Shown piece after piece: positions 23,301-38,300 of a stretch of 64,000 nucleotides of DNA. The stretch spans positions 172,670,001-172,734,000 of the forward strand of contig CM097882.1 in NCBI GenBank assembly GCA_044892505.1, given 5' to 3'. Positions within the stretch are counted from its first letter, which is position 1. Each line of letters starts with the position of its first letter. Origin of the DNA: Schmidtea nova. Taxonomy: Eukaryota. A model generated the notes under the pieces. The model was given only the letters and a program-made list of their open reading frames with translations. It had not been told where the DNA came from and did no database searches. The translations under genes and the position numbers were made by a program.

Positions 23301-26300
23301 GACTACTCCAATCTAATAACCATTTAAGTGCCTGATGATCTGTTTTTATTGTGAACTTTTTACCTACTAAATAATACTTGTATTTTAATACAAATGTGTA
23401 AATTGCCAAAAGTTCCTTGCGTGTGATACAATATTTCCTCTGCGTTTTCGTCATAGTTTTCAACCCATACGCAATAACTCTCTCCTTTCCATCTTGGATT
23501 TGAGATAGGACGGCCCCTATTGAATCGTTAGACGCGTCTGTGTCTAAAACGTAGTATCCATCTGTAGTTGGTAATGCTAATATTGGCGGTGATAGTAAAT
23601 CATGTCTTAATCTCTCGAACGATCCTTTTCTTTCCTCCGTCCATCTAAATTTGTTTTCTGTTCGAAGCATTTCGTTTAAAGGTTCTGTCGTCTTAGCGTA
23701 GCTTTTAATGAAGTTTCTGTAATATTCCGTCATCCCTAGAAATGTCCTTAGCTCTTTCTGACACATTGGCTTCTCATATTCTCTTATCACTTTGGTTTTG
23801 TCTGGGTCCGTCTGTACTCCTTCGTTTCTAATGTGTCCCAAATATCTTACCTCGTTTTTTAGAAAGTGGCATTTCTCCGGTGACAATTTTAGTCCCGCTT
23901 CTCTCATCTTCTGTAGTACTCTACTTAATCTTTCGCTGTGTTCTTCAATTGTTTTCCCGAATACCAGAATATCGTCCAAATATATCACACAGTTAGTCCA
24001 GTTCTCTCCTCTTAAGACTACGTTCATTATTCTTTGAAATGTTGCTGGTGCGGCACATAATCCTAATAGCATTCTTGTGAACTCGTATTGGCCGAATCTC
24101 GTACTAAATGATGTCTTCCTTATATCCTCTTCTGCGATTGGAATTTGATAGTATCCACTGGACATATCTAATGTGGAAAAGAATTTTGCGTTTCCGATCC
24201 TATCAAAGACTTCGTTTGCTGATGGTATTGGAAATATTGCTCTTTCTGTTTTTACATTTAAAGCTCTGTAGTCGATACACATTCTCATGTCCCCATTCTT
24301 TTTTTTAGTTACAACAATGGGAAAGTTCCATGGTGAATTGCTTTCTCTAATAATTCCCGCTTCTTCCAATTCTGTGATGTATCTTCTCACATCTTCCTCC
24401 AATATCCTTTGTATCCTTCTATGTTTGAATGCTATCGGTGTTGTTTTCCCCGTTTCTATACTGTGTTGTCCCACATTTGTCTTCCCAATATCCATTTTGT
24501 AACTATTGAATACATCTTTGTTCCGCCATAAATTTTGTGTTATCTTCTGTTTTTCTATTATTGTTTATATATCGTCTAGGTTGTTTACCAACCCTTTCAC
24601 AATTCTGTCTATACTTCTCTTTTCTTTGTTTTGGTCGATTGTTGACAATTTCATCAACGTGTTAATTTTTTCTCCTTGTCCTTCCATTCTTCCGCTTCTC
24701 CCAGTGTTGTTCCTGTATGTAGACTTTTCACTCCTCCTTCCTGCATATTAATTCGAACCCAAATCAATCCCTCGGAACATTTTGCTAGTCCATCGGCTAC
24801 CAGTATACCTCTTTCCTCCATCTTGCTCTTGTTTCCTGTAAATAAACAATTAGTTACGTCTTCCTTTATCTTCTCGTTCTCCTTATCTACTATCATCCCT
24901 TTGATCCAATACTCTCCCTCTCTTTTCAATGTCAGATTTTCTGCTACCACTACTTTTCTCGTTTCTTCTTCCGTCCCTTTAACTAGTCCTCCCACTCCTG
25001 GACGCCTGGGAGTGGTCTTTAACAGTTTAAAGACGATGGTATTGATGTCTTGGATAGAAATTGAATTTGAATACCCTTTACCTCGATACAGTCTTCTGCC
25101 GGTTTCATTATTACTCCCAGTTCTTTCATGCATCTGAGTCCGATATACGCATGTGGGAATACCCCATTCATTATTTCGAATTTGTGTTTGGTCGTCCTTG
25201 GACCCAAACTCAGTGATAATACTAATTGTCCTCGGCTTTTTCCTTTACTTCCATCTGCGTACGCTACTCTAACGTTTGAATCCCTGACTTCTATTGTCGA
25301 ATCTCGTTGTATTATTTTCTCTGCCAGTTCCTCGCTAATGACATTCAGATCTGCTCCCGTATCGAATAGTACTTTAACTTCTTCTCCTTGGATTTTGCAA
25401 CAAATGATTGGCTTGTTGGTTGCCCTTTCCGATCGTCTTTGTGATATTACTATTGTGGCTTTTTTATATTTTTTAATTTGGTTTGTCGCCATTACCTCCG
25501 ATAAACTGTGCCCACTTCTTTTCCATTGTTAGCTTACTTTTCTTTGTCTTCTTTTCTTTTTGTGTAATCATTTTTATAATTCATTCTGATTGGTCGTCTT
25601 CTTCGTATTCGCTATCTGAACTTGTCCTTTGTACGGATACTTCTTCTAATTGTCGTACTCTTCTATACTCGTCCCTCTTATTTGGGCATTCTCTACTTAT
25701 ATGTCCCTCTTTTTTACAATTAAAACATGTTACCTTTTCTCGATACTCTCGGCAATTGCTCGATATATGTCCTGTTTTCTTGCATAGGAAACATCTTTCG
25801 TTCTTCTTTTCTTCGCAAAAACGTGCAATATGACCGGTTTTGCCGCAATTGTAATATTACATTTGTTGTCCATTGTGGAATTCTTTTCTACTTCTATCTT
25901 GGTTATTCAGTTCTTTTAAATTTTTTATAATTTCCTGAAGTCTCTTAATCTCTTCTCTTAATTCTTGTAACTCCAATGTGGCATTTTATCTACCCACATT
26001 TGTCTAGCGTTGTTGTTTCCTTTCGCTTGAATAATTCCTTTCCCGTCTCTCCATGCACTATAGCTCTCTTCTCGTAGTTGTGATAATCCATATTCTGGAA
26101 TTATTTCTTTCTGGTCCTATTCTTCCTTTATTAGTTCGACAGCTTCTTCTATGGTTTTGGGCCGCAATATTTTCACTGTATTTCTCATGATTTCACTTTT
26201 TAAACCTTCTTTAAAGATTATTAATTCTATTCTGTTTCGATCTTCTTTTGTGTCTTTCGTCGTTCTTTTTACCCGTCTACTGAAATTTACTATCGTCTCT

Positions 26301-29300
26301 CCTTCGTCCTGTTTGGCCGATAGGAAAATTTTAACCTTCTTGCCTCTTGACTCCTTTATTGGGAACATTTCTGTTAATGTTTTTGTGTACCAATCTACTG
26401 TGTTGTTTTATTCTCCATACGTACTTTTTGATTCCACCTCGAATAAAATTTCTGGATCGAAATATCTTTTTAGTAATCGCACTTTGTATGCCTCTTCCCT
26501 CTCGAACATCGCCAAAAAGGATGTTATATTCTCGAGATTTGTCCGCACATCCCTTTTACACTTCCTTGTGTATAGATAAAGGTATCCGTCTATCTCTTGT
26601 GTCAATAGGTTTTTGACAAAAGAATTGTCAAACGTAACTGTTCATGACGCCATGTTATATCTATAGATGAATTAACCAATTTAAATAAGTAAATTACCAC
26701 AATTCGGAAAAAATAATGCTAAATAAACAAATTACACAATTCGGAAATAATAATACTAAATCAGTAAATTACACAATTCAAAATTCTATTTTATACAAAT
26801 AATATTCAAACAAATTTATAATTCATTATATTAAACGAATTTTAATATTATTAATTCACATATAACATACAATTATTGAAAAATTTGCTTAGAATGAATC
26901 GTTATAAAATATTTACCTAAATTGTCCATTTTAAATTAATTATTTTATGTAATGATTACGATATACAAATAAGACAATTATAAATATAATACAGTATACA
27001 TTCAGTATAGTTATCTAAGTGTAACAATTTAATAATTAACAATTTATTAATTAGTCCGTAAACTTTAGACAAAATGTCAATTTTATATTACAATTAAATT
27101 TTAAAATATAACCAAATACTGATATAGCAATAATCACCTTTTATCTGAGGTGACTTTATCGGATGTATACTGTACATATAATATAAGAACAAATAAACTA
27201 TATTATCTTTATTTAAAAATGGTAATAAACCTGAACGATTTCTTTATCTTCATAAGTTATCATTCGATCATTAAATACTCGTAAACATTCATGTCTCCAT
27301 AGCCTTAACATTTGATTAGTTTTTGTAAATCTATCCACTGTTGACTGGCACAAACCTTGAAATATTTTAGAAAGATCTCTCAAATTCAATGTGTAATGAA
27401 ATTTGGCTGGAGTGGGTAACATTTTTAATTTTATAATCCTAAAAAACAATCGTTACAAAAAGAAAATACGAAAACAATTCATTGCTTGTCAAATTAATAA
27501 CCATTTTCCGGTAATTATTCATTTCATCGTAAGTGTATAATATCAGTTTTACCTTGTATTTTCACTTAATTTTTGTAATACAGATTTGTTTGCAAAGAGG
27601 TTAACTGTTTTGATTTAGAAAAATATATATTGTAAATGTGGAGTATTTAATACTATTAGAGTAAAATTAGATAATTGATTAATACTGTAATGCCGGATGA
27701 TATGGTGTGTGTTCCAGGGCCTTGCGGATAGTTACCAGTTGATAGTAACACGTGCTAATCATGATTCTGCTAACTGTCACTGTTTGGTGATACAAAAAGG
27801 TCATCACGTTTTCGTCAACCATTATTGGACATAAATATAACTTATGGGGACTTTCTAGAATGGATTGACAATCTAATGTGCAATGAAATGTGAAACCCCA
27901 CAGTCTGACTAGTGTTAATAACAATATTCGAAATAATATACCAAATTTTAAATTGAAAATATTTATTAATTAAATCGGAAACCTCAATGCTACTTGAAGA
28001 GTGATTCTTAATCTTACTTAAGTCTTACTTAAGTCTTTTTAAGATTGAAAAATCATTTCTAAACCCCTTCCTAAGAAATTAATTTTAATACGATATTAAT
28101 GTAAAAGATCATCGGAAATGGTCATAATTATTTTAAAATTTTTAGTCTGAAGTAAGTGGGGTTTCTTACCCATGTCTTAGTAATATACAACTCTCCAACC
28201 GAGAAGAGGATAATTCTTTAACATTAAAAGCTTAGATTTAAAATATTTTACTATATTAAAAAAAGAAAGTTAAACCTTTTCTTGCACCCCTTACGCTGTT
28301 GACTAACACCTCTAAAGGACACACGTACAACCGATTATGAAACAGTCTAAATAAACTATAATAAAATTCAATATGTTACACTTCTCAGAAACTCGATTTT
28401 ATAAATAAGCTAATAATTTAAAGTTTATACAAAGTGGTTGTTAATTAAAATAAATTTAAAATAATAAATAAGATATATTTTTGTTTCGTTGTAAATATTA
28501 AATATTTAATATGTGTACCACTAATCTGCAAATCAATGTCGCAAACTAAATTAAATAAGTTCAATTATTCACAAAATTTATATTTATATCTACAATACTT
28601 AGAAAACCAATAAATAGTTGTTTATTTCATTGCCCGTCATTGACATTTGCTGCTTTGATTTGTTGTCTTGATAATTTTTCTCTTTCCGTTAAACGAAATT
28701 GTCTTCGTTTGCTTTAGTGTTGGCATACAGTGTCGCTCAAATTAATTGCATAATTTTATGTAACATGGTATANNNNNNNNNNNNNNNNNNNNNNNNNNNN
28801 NNNNNNNNNNNNNNNNNNNNNNNNNNNNNNNNNNNNNNNNNNNNNNNNNNNNNNNNNNNNNNNNNNNNNNNNNNNNNNNNNNNNNNNNNNNNNNNNNNNN
28901 NNNNNNNNNNNNNNNNNNNNNNNNNNNNNNNNNNNNNNNNNNNNNNNNNNNNNNNNNNNNNNNNNNNNNNNNNNNNNNNNNNNNNNNNNNNNNNNNNNNN
29001 NNNNNNNNNNNNAAAAAGAAAATTATGATGATAATGATAATAATAATAATAAAAATATCATAATTATCTTTTTTCACCTTTGATCTTTTTTTATTATTAT
29101 TATCAATAATTCTCAAAATGACTATAGATCAAAATTTTTTTTTTATAAACAATAACACTTGTTATTGTTTATAAAAAAAAATTTTGATCTATAGTCATTA
29201 TGAGAATTATTGATAATAATAATAATAATAAAAGATCAAAGGTGAAAAAAGAAAATTATGATATTAATAATAATAATAATAATAAATTTACTCATAAGCC

Positions 29301-32300
29301 TTTATCGTAATGTTTGTCATTTTATCGATAGATTTTTTTATTTGTGGTGAAAATTGAAATGTATGACCGCTTAAAATTGAACCAAATATTTTTATCATTG
29401 ATTCCATTGTTAAATTTGGACAATATACTACCGAAAATAATGAAAGAAATCTTGGATCAACTGTATTCCTGCCACCTCCTGGTAATCCCATTGCGGCAAC
29501 ATAAGATAAATCTTTCATCCTTTTCCATGTAAGTTCTTTGCCTCTATCGTACATTCCTTTTTTTTCGACTAAAAGTTTCAGCATGGCAATTGGTTGTTGG
29601 GTGCCATATTTATCAATCTTAATTGAGTTATTTTAATTAATAGAGTAAATAACAACTTGAAATAATTAAAATCAATGTCCAAAATGTTTCATGAAGCTTC
29701 TTAATACTTCATAAATTTTCATTTATTTTATTATGTCAAGGTTAAAATTTTTATTTCAGATCTAACTTAGAGATCTAAAATAAAAATTATTTGACACTAA
29801 CTCTAATAATCTTTATATAAAAAATAAATGGAAAGTTCTGAAATAGAAAAGAAAAGATCAAATGTAAACAAAATAAAAGATGTAAATGATTCTAGAAATT
29901 AATATTTCTTTAGTAACACATTTTGTTGAAAAGATCAAAATTAAATTAATGTAACAATTAAATTATTTATTCAAAAAAGTAAAAATACTTAATTTATATC
30001 ATATATTTTTATTTCTGTAAATTTTTAACAACTTTTACAACATTCATGTTTATAAAGAATTAACTAGATTATTTTTCAAAATTCGAGACATCTTAATTAA
30101 TAAATTTGTAATTTGAAATGGCATTTGATTTTATTTATATATGTATATATATATATATACCCCGGCCTACCAAAAGTCTCCAGTCAGGCAATTATTTATA
30201 TATTGCAGTTTATAATATATTGCAGTGCAAATATGAACAGTAATGGAACAAAGGTCACCAAAACCTTCAACATGCTGCATGAGCACATGTACACACGTAC
30301 GCACTCACACACAGACGACACATACAGAATATGGCTACTCACACCAGACACAACAGTGATAACAGTTAGTCATGTTAATGAAGGATTGTCATTTTCTTAG
30401 AATATGGCTACTCGGAGAGAGCTTACAGACTTTCAGAAAAAAATTATTTACGGATGTTACCTGTGTGGAAAAGGTCAGAGTGAAACTGCTGCATTGACTG
30501 GCCATCCCAAAAGAACTATTAACTACTTCATGATTAAGTATCACCAGGAGTAAGTATCGCCCTAAACTTCTGAGCATTCGTACACAACGGCAGCTGAAAC
30601 GACTTGTGATGGCTCATCGTCGGTTCCCCTTGTCCAAGTTAGTGTCCATATTTAACACTGGCCATGTGCATGCCAGCATGTCCACCATTCATCGCGCATT
30701 AAATTCTCATGGTTTCTGTGGCAGATACTGTGCAAGGAAGCTTTTGATTGCATAAACAATTCGTCGTCGTTGCTTAAAGTGGTGCCGGGAGAGAAGGAGT
30801 TAGACAACAGAACAATGGCGCTCAGTCATTTGGAGTGATGAATCATGTTTCACTCTTTTCAAATCTGATGGACAACAATTCTGCTGGCGTCGTGTAGGAG
30901 AATGATTTCATCTTGACTGCATTCAGCCAATTGTAAAATATGGAGGAGGCTCCATCATGTTTTATAGTCTTTGCTCAGCCCGTGGAACTGGCCCTCTAGT
31001 GAAGTGCTGCAATCACATGACGTCAGTGGAATACTGTGCCATTCTGGAGAATGAGCTTGTTCTTTTTCTTCCAGAAATTGAGGGGCTCATTTTCAAACAG
31101 GATAATGAACCAATCGATATTTCGCAAATTATGAAGGAATTCTTTCTGCAACACAGCATCAACGTTTTGGATTGGGTTCCACAAAGCCCTAATCTGAATC
31201 CTATTGAGTTTCAATGGGACGTCATTAGTAGGCGAGTTCGCAAAAGGATTCCCATTTCCCGTAACGCCTCTGACCTGGAAACGCATCTGTATGAGGAATG
31301 GTCACACATCTCCCCTGATTTCCTGGCAAAAGTGGTCGATACAATGCCTAAAAGAGTGCGCCTTGTTATCCAGATGAAATGTAATATAACGAAGTACTAA
31401 CTCTCTCAGCACTACAGACATTCAGTATTCGTGTGTGTTTGTGACATTTGTTCACATTGCTGTACATTATAATTTGTTCATTATAAACTGCAATATGTAA
31501 ATAACTAACTGACTGGAGACNNNNNNNNNNNNNNNNNNNNNNNNNNNNNNNNNNNNNNNNNNNNNNNNNNNNNNNNNNNNNNNNNNNNNNNNNNNNNNNN
31601 NNNNNNNNNNNNNNNNNNNNNNNNNNNNNNNNNNNNNNNNNNNNNNNNNNNNNNNNNNNNNNNNNNNNNNNNNNNNNNNNNNNNNNNNNNNNNNNNNNNN
31701 NNNNNNNNNNNNNNNNNNNNNNNNNNNNNNNNNNNNNNNNNNNNNNNNNNNNNNNNNNNNNNNNNNNNNNNNNNNNNNNNNNNNNNNNNNNNNNNNNNNN
31801 NNNNNNNNNNNNNNNNNNNNNNNNNNNNNNNNNNNNNNNNNNNNNNNNNNNNNNNNNNNNNNNNNNNNNNNNNNNNNNNNNNNNNNNNNNNNNNNNNNNN
31901 NNNNNNNNNNNNNNNNNNNNNNNNNNNNNNNNNNNNNNNNNNNNNNNNNNNNNNNNNNNNNNNNNNNNNNNNNNNTGTTAAGTTAAAGAGTAATTAGTTA
32001 TTTACCAATATTCTAATTTAAAATATTTTAATGAATGTTAATGCTAAGTTTTATTTGTTATTAATAATATTATTAAAAGTAGTCATAATCCAATTAATTA
32101 AAAATTCAATAAATAAAGTAAAAATGAATGATAATAGTATAATAATTAAAATTAGTTATTATATAAAACGATTGGTTCAAAATTTATTAAGTAAAAATAA
32201 TTATTTACATAACAAAAATATTGAATAATATTGTAAATATTCAATTTAAATAATCAAATAACTTCAAAAATAAAATTAGTAATTAATTGAATAAAGATAA

Positions 32301-35300
32301 TAATAAATTAACTAATTAATTGAAAAAAGATAATAAAGATAATGTTGCAAAATTAATGAATTAGAATGCTAATACTAGTAATTATAATATTTCAAAGAAT
32401 TACTTCCAAACAATATAACATTACATAAAATTGTAAAAATATTAATTCTAATATATATATATATATATATATATGTGTGTATATATAGTATATATGTATA
32501 TATATATGTATATATGTATATATTTTAATAAAATTTTTTATGATTATATATATAATCATAATTATCTTTTTGTTTCATCTTTGATCTTTTTTTAATATTA
32601 ATATCAATAATTCTCATAATGGTAAGATTATAGATCAAAATTTCTTTAAACAATAATACAATGTTTCGGCACAGCTTTTATCAAGTGTGTATTTCAATCG
32701 TTTCATTAACTTAATCATAAATATACCTTAATAATTTTTTTTATATTTTACAATGATTTTATTGGATGAAAATAAATTATTTTTAATTTTCTTTTTTAAA
32801 CATGTAAAAAGTCTCGGAAGCTAATCCTTGTAATGAATTTTTGAATCCATCTTCTAAAATCTGGCATATATAGATGGAGTTGTTTTTATGTACCTTTCCC
32901 AGTGTTCGTAATAATTACTAGTTTCGTTTTTAGTGTGTTTATTAAGTCTGCTGCGAAAAGCTCTGTGTTTCTCCTTTGTAAGTAGCGTCACATNNNNNNN
33001 NNNNNNNNNNNNNNNNNNNNNNNNNNNNNNNNNNNNNNNNNNNNNNNNNNNNNNNNNNNNNNNNNNNNNNNNNNNNNNNNNNNNNNNNNNNNNNNNNNNN
33101 NNNNNNNNNNNNNNNNNNNNNNNNNNNNNNNNNNNNNNNNNNNNNNNNNNNNNNNNNNNNNNNNNNNNNNNNNNNNNNNNNNATACATGTTTACAATTAA
33201 ATTGCGATAAAACTAAGCTAAATAAACAAAAAATGAAAATTAAGAAACAAATCACGTTCGCATCACAAATTCAACGACAAACACAGTTTGGATACAAGTT
33301 ATTTTATAGAAAATTAAATTTTATTCGTACAATATTACAATGAAAACTTAATAAATCTATTTGAAATAGATGAGAATTACAAAATTATTTACAAAAACAC
33401 GTATGCAGGACGAAAAATGCCCACTTTCAAATTTTGAATTAAATCATTTTGTAAAAAATTAAATATTATCTAAATAATATTACACAACGAAAACTCAAAA
33501 AATTGAATTTATATAATTGAAAAATACAATTTTAGTAACAAAATACATGTTCATCACAAACTCAACCACATCCACTATTTTGAATAAAAGCATTTTGTAG
33601 AAAACAAAATTTTATCCATATAATATTACAATGAAAACTTTAAAAAGTTATTTTAAAAAGTAGAAAATTACAAAAATTAATTACAAAACACGTGTGAACA
33701 AAAAAATACGAAACATTTAAAATTTCTTTTTCTACCTATTCGACTCTTTCACTGAAAATCCAACCGGGTCGGTAAAACGTATAGAGAAGATTATTTGAAG
33801 ACTTGAAGTAGGTAGCTATGAGTGGTCCACAACAACATCCCCTGTGTGTAAATGAAATAATCATGAATTTACCTAGTAAACCAAGGGTGTTTAACCTGAA
33901 GCCCGGCACATCATACCGCGCATGGTATAACAAATATAAATAATTCCAATGCCGATGTTGTGTTTCACCATTTTTCTAATCTTTTTTCAATTTAAATTAA
34001 TTCAATAGTTATTTACGCAACTATGGAGAAAATTTGTTAGAAGAACATCATTATTTTTGAAATATTTTTGAAGAGGACACATTTAGAATCATTTTTTATT
34101 ATTTCATTTTTTGTTTAAGCAGTTTAATTTATCGCAAGATTATGATATTAGATACATTACATATACGTATATTTTCATTTTCAAAATAAAACTAAACTTT
34201 AAAATGTAGTTGACTTTTTTATGCGGCTTACATGCCTTCAAAAAACTAACAGTATGGCCCAGCGGCTGCAAAAGGTTAAACATCCTCTAGTAAACCGATT
34301 AAAAGAATTTTTTTTTGATTTTACACGTTAACTTATCTTTGCTATAACATTAGCAAGTTAATAAATGAAATTTATATTTTACATTTTGTATGGGGGATAC
34401 TGTCCTGATAACAAAAGTTGATTGAAAATCATTAGTCACACCAGAGGCTTGTTGTGTAAGAAAATAGCTGTTAAGTCATTTATTTAAGAGTTACAAATTT
34501 TTTTAATAAATTTGTCAGTTATAACTTTTTTCAGTTATAAAAATTGCTAAAAATATAAAATCTTACTATTGGCATGTTCATATCATCAATAAAAGTCACT
34601 AATAATTTTCCCGGAGAAGGCCCATAAATTCCTTTAGCTCGTTTTTCTAAATTAGCTTCAAGATTACGTTGCACATCCAGAGATGTTGTACAAGATGAAA
34701 AATTTATTTTCATCATACTATACTTTGATTTATCAAGAGAGCGCATCAGTGTTTGCACGGATGCTGTTTTCGAAGTGCCAGTATCACCGATTAAAACAAT
34801 AGGAATCCGTAAATCTAGATGTTTTCTCACAATCCATATTATTTTTATAGTTTCAATTGTTGGAACTAAAATTTCGGTGAATCTTTGACCAAAATTGTAT
34901 GAATAATGAGGAATGAAATGAGACCAATTATACCACTTATATTCATTTTCATTAAAAGTGTAATTGAATAAATTGGGAGACGAATTCGGAAGATAACCTA
35001 AAATTTATCAAAAAATGTTTTAACGATATTTTTATTAGATTTTATATAAGATTTTTTATATAGCGTAGATTTTTGATAGTTAGATTTTACAATGTTAAAA
35101 AATTAGAAAATAATATTAAATATATAACGAAATGATTAAATAATTATTTTCATAATAAATATTATTTTCAATAATATTTATTATGAAAGTCTAAGATTAT
35201 ATTTTACTTTAAACAATTAAAACATACTTACAAATATGTATGTATATATATATGTGTGTGTATGTATGTATGTATGTTTGTAAGTATGTATGTATTTATG

Positions 35301-38300
35301 TAGCTAGGTAGGTAGGTTTGGATAGGTAGGTAAGTAAGTAGGTAGGTAGGTAGGAAGCTAGGTAGGTAGATAGGTAGGTAGGCAGGTTGGATAGGTAGGT
35401 AAGTAGGTAGGTAGCTAAGTAGGTAGGCAGGTAGGTAGGCAGGTAGGTAGGTTGGTAGGTAGGTTGAATAGGTAGGTAGGTAGGTATGTATGTATAATAC
35501 AGACACTATTGAGTATAACTGTTATACTCAATAGTGTTTTTATTATATATTTTTACCTGTATTAAAAACAAATTATTAGACAACAAATGTTTTGAAGGGA
35601 GACCCTAGTGACTCGTTCAATTCTTTCAAAAATAGACTCTAAAGGTAAAATTTGGTTATACTAGAGAAGTCACTAGGCTTCCTTCGAAAAATTCATTAAA
35701 ATGGTTTTTGATATGTAATATTTGATATTTTTTTTATTATTTAGGAGTTATATTTTATTTGTTAATAAAGTTCACAACATTTTTCTTTTAAAAATTCAAC
35801 AAAAATAGTCTTCGTTTTAAAATTATTTCTCAGTTTTGATTTCTTAACACGATATTTATATTTTCATTAAATTGTATCGATTTAATAATAAAATAATAAT
35901 CCAGTTTGACTTCGGTTGACTTTACCAAATAAAAAAAACATTACAAAAAATATATTTTATTGCTAGATATTTCTCTGTGAATCAGGTACGTATAGAGTTA
36001 AAATTTAGTAATCACTGCCACTAGAATTCATATTATTTCGACATGATTCGCTTCTTTTTGATTCTGTTCTTATTGCAAATACACTTTCTTTCAGATTTCA
36101 CGTTAGCTTTTTTATTTTAATTACTGACATTAGAGCGACCACATTTTCTTCCCTCATTTAACAGTGACCGTCTTCTAAGTCTTCAAAGCACATTGTAAGT
36201 GTGGAACTGTTTAATCATACCCTAGACCAGGGATGAGGAACACGCGGGTCGCATTAGGCCCACCGAGGCATCTTTTGCCTTACAATAACATTATTTTTAA
36301 AATGAAATTGCAAAATAAATCCTCAGGTTTCCAAAACCTCAAATTATTTCATGAATTTTATAGTCTTATTTTATATACGTGGTGCGCCTAATAAGTCGTG
36401 AGACTAATTAAGAAATAATAATAGTAAAAAATTTGATACAGACATATTTAAACTTCAACATATATAGGTAAAGAAAATGTATTTTGTTTTAATAATCCAT
36501 TATGGTTTAAGTATATTTTTGCGAACATTCGAAAAATGTCTCTGGAAACTATTCAATACCGTAGCGTTATTCGTTTTCTCTTTCTGAAAGGAAAAAATAG
36601 AGAAGAGGTTCTTTCTGAACTGAAAGCTGTTTAGCAACAAGAGTGCCCATCCACAGCAACAATTTATCGTTGGTTCAATTACTTTCAGAGTGGTAGAATC
36701 TCCGTGGTGGACGAAGAGAGATCTGGAAGACCCTCAGAAATTGATGAAAAAATAACGCAAAGGCTGCAGACAATCGTGCAAAACGAGAGAAAAATAACGA
36801 TGAGAGAGCTCACAACCCGTCTAAATGTGAGCAAAGGCACTGTGCATACTCTCCTCACTGTAAGTGGTATTTGAAAACTATGTTCCCGTTTTGTGCCACG
36901 CTTCTTAACGCTGGAAATGCGACAACGACGCTTGGAATGCTGCTTGGAGAATCTGCAGATCAGGACCAGTGTTGGAGACCGTTTCATTGATAATATCATC
37001 ACTATGGACGAGACACCATTGTCCCTTTATGTCCCTGAATCTAAAAAAGAGTCTCAAGAATGGAAACTGCCAGGAGAAAACAGCTCACTGAAAATGCGGT
37101 CCTCAACATGCCACCGAAAGGCTCTCAAGCTGACGGTGTTTTGGGACGCCAATGGCATTATTCTGACTGACTTAACTGAATACGGTGTGAAGATCAATAG
37201 TTCTTACTACTCCAACATCGTGCAGCAAGCAAGGAAGGCACGACGCAAGAGCAGAGTGTGTGATCTCTATTTTTTACACGACAATACTCCCATCCACACC
37301 AGCAGCGTTTCCATGGCCAAAATTGAGCGTTGTGGGATCAATTTGCTTCCCCATCCACCATACAGCCCGATTTGGCTCCCTCCGATTTTTCCTATTTAAC
37401 CATCTTAAGAAGCATCTGCGGGGCCAGGTGTTTGCCAACAAACATGATTTGAGAGCAGCCGTGGAGAGTTTTCTGGGAGAAAAGCCTCCAGAATTCTTCA
37501 AAAACGTCTTTGAAAACCGCTGGGAAACTCGCTGGGAAAATTGTGTCAGTGCAGAAGGAAATTATTTTGAGAAATGATGCCTATTTACCATGCTTGTTCT
37601 AAATACAAAGTTTTGTGTTGATATCTTAAGTCTTTCTATTTTAGTCTCACGACTTATTGGGCGCACCACGTAGAATTGTAAAATGGTAAATTTTTTAATA
37701 AAAAATAAAAAATTTATGTTCTTTTTTCGATGTTTTTTTTAAACATGGCCCACGCAAAGTGTTTGTGTTTGTATGTGGCCCTCCGTTAAAAAAGGTTACT
37801 CATCCCTGTCCAAGACGTTGTTTCATATTTGGCTGAGTCAATCTTTGTACAAAATACAATAGGATATTTTTCCTTCGCGAAGAATTTGAAACTTGCCATT
37901 GAGGATTATTTGAATAAAATAATAAATGCATTCAATTCAGCTATATCTAATAGGTTCATAAATATTTTAGTATGGTCAGTGAGCAGTTCGTCTACCACAT
38001 GTGGTTCGCCGCGTCCAGCTCAAATTAATTTTCTCATCAATTGAAAATTCTGTATTTTTACGAATCTTCTTTTCCTCATAGCTTTTAGCTTCCAACTGTT
38101 TTCTACCGACCGCAACAGCTCGATGACCAGCTACAAATCCACTTGGATCGGTTTTGAATAACAGTGGCTTATCCATTTGACGAGGATCTTCTAAAAGTGT
38201 CCTGACGCTGATTAGAAGCTCCGAAAGAAAAACAGTCCTTGGAATTGACTTCATTGCTTCTCCAAAACTCTCTAAGAATCGTGACAGAGGTAAGTCCTCT

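Larger units (their letters stand above)
21441..26867 (-). mobile_element. Full-length, decayed Ty3/Gypsy LTR retrotransposon
   Basis: 215-bp TG...CA LTRs; 5-bp TSD TACAA (21436-40 and 26868-72); PBS TGGCGTCATGAACAG; PPT aagacggaggaa; gag(CCHC)-PR-RT-RH-IN order; frameshifts. Confidence 0.95.

Noticed and set aside
35235-35500. (TAGG)n as an interstitial telomere
   Set aside because: The period is 4, not TTAGG or TTAGGG, and it grades into (TATG)n; it is an ordinary microsatellite.
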